A stretch of 25,841 nucleotides of DNA from a virus: IMG/VR virus record IMGVR_UViG_3300027513_000010; one strand, given 5' to 3'. Below the pieces are notes generated by a model. The model was not told the DNA's origin and made no database searches. It saw only the letters and a program-made list of their open reading frames with translations. Position 1 is the stretch's first letter; every line of letters begins with the position of its first letter. Below are positions 23,574-25,841 of this stretch, in pieces. A program made the position numbers and the translations under genes.

Positions 23574-24515
23574 CTAGAAGGTCAGTGCCTTGGCATCCGC
23601 TCCGAACACCGACTTGATTGCCTCGGTCACGTAGACCCGATCTTCGGGCCGGGCCTGGCCGACGAAGTTGGCAAGTGCCACTTCCTCACCGTAGGTCTCG
23701 GCAATGTCTCGGTAAGCCAGCACTTCACGAAGCTGCGGAGGGTTCCCCACAACGCCGCTCTCGGCTTTCTTCTCTAGGTTCCTGGCAACCTCGATGATCT
23801 GCGCCGGAACCTTGAGGGTCTTGGCAATTTTCCAATCGGTTTTCATCTCGACATGAAATGCGAACCGGCTCAGAAGCGCCTCGGACATCACTGCCCCTGG
23901 CACGTCGGGGTTGGTTGCCCCGAACACCAAGAACCCTTCCTTGGCCTTGACCTTGCCCCGGTCGGGGTTGGCGGTCACGGTGATTTCGCCTCGACCGTCC
24001 ATCAGTGAGTAGACCACCGACAATTGCCTCGGGTCGATCAGCGCAATCTCGTCAATGAGAAGAGGCACGCCGTTCTCGGCTGAGACAATGGCCGGGCCAT
24101 CGACCCATGCGTAGGTGCCGTCCGGTTGCTGAACCCATGAGCCGACAAAGTCTGCCGCCTCGGTCTCGATGGAACCCTGGACGGTAATGACATTGTCCAA
24201 GGCCGCTTCGATCAGCGCCGTCTTGCCGGTGCCGGGAGGCCCATAGAGAAGCACGGCGAGATTCTGACTGTATGCCTTCTCGATGAAGGCCACGTCTTGG
24301 AATGAGGTACCGCCGATATTGATTCCCCGAGGCAAGTAGGTCTCGCCGTTGGGTCGCTGGTAACTCTTTTTCAGCGGACTGAGAACATTGGCAGCGGCGG
24401 CGACATCAGCATCGCCCGCTTTGCCTTTGACGAAGCTCTTGCCGGGCACGTAGACCTTGACAAGCTCTTCGTTGAATTTCGACAGAGCTTCGTCTGTCGC
24501 GAGAAGTATGGACAT
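23574..24515 (-). CDS. MoxR/CbbQ/NorQ (CobS-like) AAA+ ATPase
   Basis: LLYGPPGTGKT Walker A, W.DGP, LLIDEI Walker B, ATNP sensor I, ALLSRF Arg finger. Start at 24515 after AAAGGAA. Confidence 0.9.
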   Translation of the reverse strand: MSILLATDEALSKFNEELVKVYVPGKSFVKGKAGDADVAAAANVLSPLKKSYQRPNGETYLPRGINIGGTSFQDVAFIEKAYSQNLAVLLYGPPGTGKTALIEAALDNVITVQGSIETEAADFVGSWVQQPDGTYAWVDGPAIVSAENGVPLLIDEIALIDPRQLSVVYSLMDGRGEITVTANPDRGKVKAKEGFLVFGATNPDVPGAVMSEALLSRFAFHVEMKTDWKIAKTLKVPAQIIEVARNLEKKAESGVVGNPPQLREVLAYRDIAETYGEEVALANFVGQARPEDRVYVTEAIKSVFGADAKALTF

Positions 24516-24551
24516 TGGCATCGTTCCTTTCATGTCTGTTTCCTTTTCTGA

Positions 24552-24580
24552 ATTGTAGCGGATTTACAATCCACTGCAAA
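24552..24580 (-). promoter_or_regulatory. SigA-like promoter TTTGCA-N17-TACAAT
   Basis: TTTGCA at 24575-24580, -10 at 24552-24557; same geometry as the promoters at 25261 and 25507. Confidence 0.65.
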
Positions 24581-24617
24581 TCTCATCTGGCGTGAGGCTG
24601 CATCCTAGAGAGCACGG

Positions 24618-24767
24618 TCACTTGACCCCTCGTATTTCGTAGGTGACCATCAGGGCCGCAGCCTGCGCTTCCTTGGCCTCCCGAACCTTGCCGGTCTTGG
24701 TGGCCTCCGTCCACTGGCGAACCAGGGCGGCTTGTTTGTTTTTGAGTTCAATCACTCTTCGCTCCAT
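24618..24767 (-). CDS. 49-aa helical protein MERRVIELKNKQAALVRQW...
   Basis: Not in the ORF track. Purine-rich leader and GCCAATG start context as at two other genes. Confidence 0.6.
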   Translation of the reverse strand: MERRVIELKNKQAALVRQWTEATKTGKVREAKEAQAAALMVTYEIRGVK

Positions 24768-24784
24768 TGGCGTGTCTCTCTTTC

Positions 24785-24982
24785 TCAAGCGGTCTTGCTG
24801 ATGGTGTAACCGGGAACTTGGATCAACTGACCCGTCCCGTCGAGTTCCACCATGTAGAGCTTCTCGGCGGCGGTTCCCTGGATGCCTGCGATGAAGGTGG
24901 CAGTGGCGGTCACGTCACCGATGGTGATGTAGACCTTCTCGCCACCGAAGAGGCCCGACGTGTCGCCGTACCTCCGGCTCAT
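24785..24982 (-). CDS. small beta-barrel-like hypothetical protein
   Basis: ATGA overlap; GEKVYI...A.F......YMVELD pattern is SH3-like. Confidence 0.65.
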   Translation of the reverse strand: MSRRYGDTSGLFGGEKVYITIGDVTATATFIAGIQGTAAEKLYMVELDGTGQLIQVPGYTISKTA

Positions 24983-25218
24983 ACGGCCCACGGGAATCGG
25001 GCCATGTTTTCCTCGTCGGTCATAAACCGATACGTGGCACTGGCCTCAACGAATTGGACAACCTCTCGACCAACCAGGCTCTTGAGCGGCCACTCGGTTG
25101 TCTCGTAGACAACCTCGGGGGTCTCAGCCTCGTCCGAGGCCAACGTCCAAACCAGGCCGTAGTAGACCTCTTCGGAGTCGTAGCGTTCCCACACAACGGG
25201 AACGGGAGTAGTGGTCAT
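24979..25218 (-). CDS. hypothetical protein (79 aa)
   Basis: AGGAGG RBS and promoter upstream of ATG 25218. Confidence 0.75.
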   Translation of the reverse strand: MTTTPVPVVWERYDSEEVYYGLVWTLASDEAETPEVVYETTEWPLKSLVGREVVQFVEASATYRFMTDEENMARFPWAV

Positions 25219-25260
25219 AGGCGAGCCTCCTGTCTGTGTCTGTGTCTTGCTCACGAGCCA

Positions 25261-25289
25261 ATTATACATCGGTGTAATTGTTATGCAAA
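25261..25289 (-). promoter_or_regulatory. SigA-like promoter TTTGCA-N17-TATAAT with CAATTAC box
   Basis: TTTGCA 25284-25289, CAATTAC 25274-25280, TATAAT 25261-25266. Confidence 0.8.
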
Positions 25290-25466
25290 CTCCGCAAGGG
25301 TGGCGAGCTTCTGACTCAGAGCTTTGAGTTCCTCTTTGGTCAGCTTGTAGAAGTTGCTCGACGTACCTCCCTCGATTGGGTTGGTGACGGCAAGCCAGCC
25401 ATCTTCGTAGAGCGAGAGGCTCACGTCCTTGTCGTCCTCTGCTTTGAGTGTCAGCACTGCTTCCAT
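25281..25466 (-). CDS. hypothetical protein (61 aa)
   Basis: AAGGGAG RBS upstream of ATG 25466; promoter upstream. Confidence 0.75.
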   Translation of the reverse strand: MEAVLTLKAEDDKDVSLSLYEDGWLAVTNPIEGGTSSNFYKLTKEELKALSQKLATLAEFA

Positions 25467-25506
25467 AATGGGTCTCCCTTCGTTGGGGCTTGTTCTTACC
25501 CTCAGA

Positions 25507-25535
25507 ATTATACTCATCTGTAATTGAAATGCAAA
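25507..25535 (-). promoter_or_regulatory. SigA-like promoter TTTGCA-N17-TATAAT with CAATTAC box
   Basis: TTTGCA 25530-25535, CAATTAC 25520-25526, TATAAT 25507-25512. Confidence 0.8.
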
Positions 25536-25547
25536 TCCAGATGGAAT

Positions 25548-25580
25548 AGAAAAACCCCCTCCAACTGGCAGAGGGGGTTT
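25548..25580 (-). terminator. intrinsic terminator
   Basis: Stem aaaccccctc (25552-25561) / gagggggttt (25571-25580), 9-nt loop, TTTTT run on the minus strand; sits just upstream of a promoter. Confidence 0.8.
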
Positions 25581-25634
25581 AACTAGCTGATTCTGCCCAC
25601 GCCCACTTCCCCGAGGGCGCTCAGGAGGGACTTG

Positions 25635-25841
25635 TCAACCGGGGATTTCTACCAGGCCGGTCTCGTTTTCGATCCGCAGAACAGGCTTTGTTTTCGCGTC
25701 CTGCAACATGCCTTGCAGAACCAAGATCATCTCGTCCCGAGAACCGGCGGTTGGAGTGACCGGCTTGGCCGTCCACGAGTGCGGGCCTTCGTCGTCGTAG
25801 TAAACCTCGTGCATGGTGAAGACCCTCTCTTCGTCTTCCTC
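25635..25841 (-). CDS. 5'-truncated conserved phage protein (HEVYYD..G...WT..P....L..ML.....PVL)
   Basis: Open frame from the window edge to TGA at 25635-25637; not in the ORF track. Confidence 0.7.
   Translation of the reverse strand, partial: EEDEERVFTMHEVYYDDEGPHSWTAKPVTPTAGSRDEMILVLQGMLQDAKTKPVLRIENETGLVEIPG

Noticed and set aside
21051-24515. cobS/cobT cobalamin auxiliary metabolic genes
   Set aside because: No cobN or other cob genes in the window; a generic AAA+/VWA pair is the more cautious call, so no symbols were assigned.
9544-25523. Plus-strand ORFs across the minus-strand region
   Set aside because: They are antisense to a continuous, translationally coupled minus-strand gene set.
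25633-25638. Perfect TTGACA on the minus strand
   Set aside because: No -10 element at 16-18 nt; it overlaps a stop codon.
22508-25841. Absence of TTT[C/G]AAA from the promoter-rich end
   Set aside because: Gaps of 2-3 kb in exact hits occur elsewhere in the window, so this is not convincing without more sequence.

Overview
This window is a ~26 kb fragment of a GC-rich (~60% by eye) tailed-phage genome, most likely infecting an actinobacterium. I found no rRNA, tRNA, integrase, transposase or CRISPR array. Positions 1-9215 (+ strand) form a tightly coupled operon of probable head-associated genes: the C-terminal part of a very large protein ending in an ADP-ribosyltransferase-like domain, three unknown proteins, an HK97/assemblin-like prohead protease with a scaffold-like tail, a 703-aa protein with two zincin (HExxH) domains, and two small partner genes. 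From ~9.3 kb to the end, genes run on the - strand as an early/middle region. It holds many small Zn-finger, SH3-like and membrane proteins, an SSB/Sak4-like ATPase/PD-(D/E)XK nuclease recombination module, a DNA sliding clamp, a secreted lytic transglycosylase, a tandem winged-helix protein and a MoxR/CbbQ-type AAA+ plus metallopeptidase-VWA pair, with several sigma70/SigA-like promoters. Three signals stand out. (1) A short peptide, LRxRVH, is shared by the protease tail and two neighbouring proteins, always terminal and separated from the body by an ALV[AS][AS] motif, which suggests a cleavable capsid cargo-loading tag. (2) The pseudo-palindrome TTT[C/G]AAA occurs 27 times by hand count (about 1 expected), inside genes and in different frames. 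(3) Several regulatory elements are reused, and one long hairpin covers a start codon. All family assignments are motif recognition by eye, not database results.
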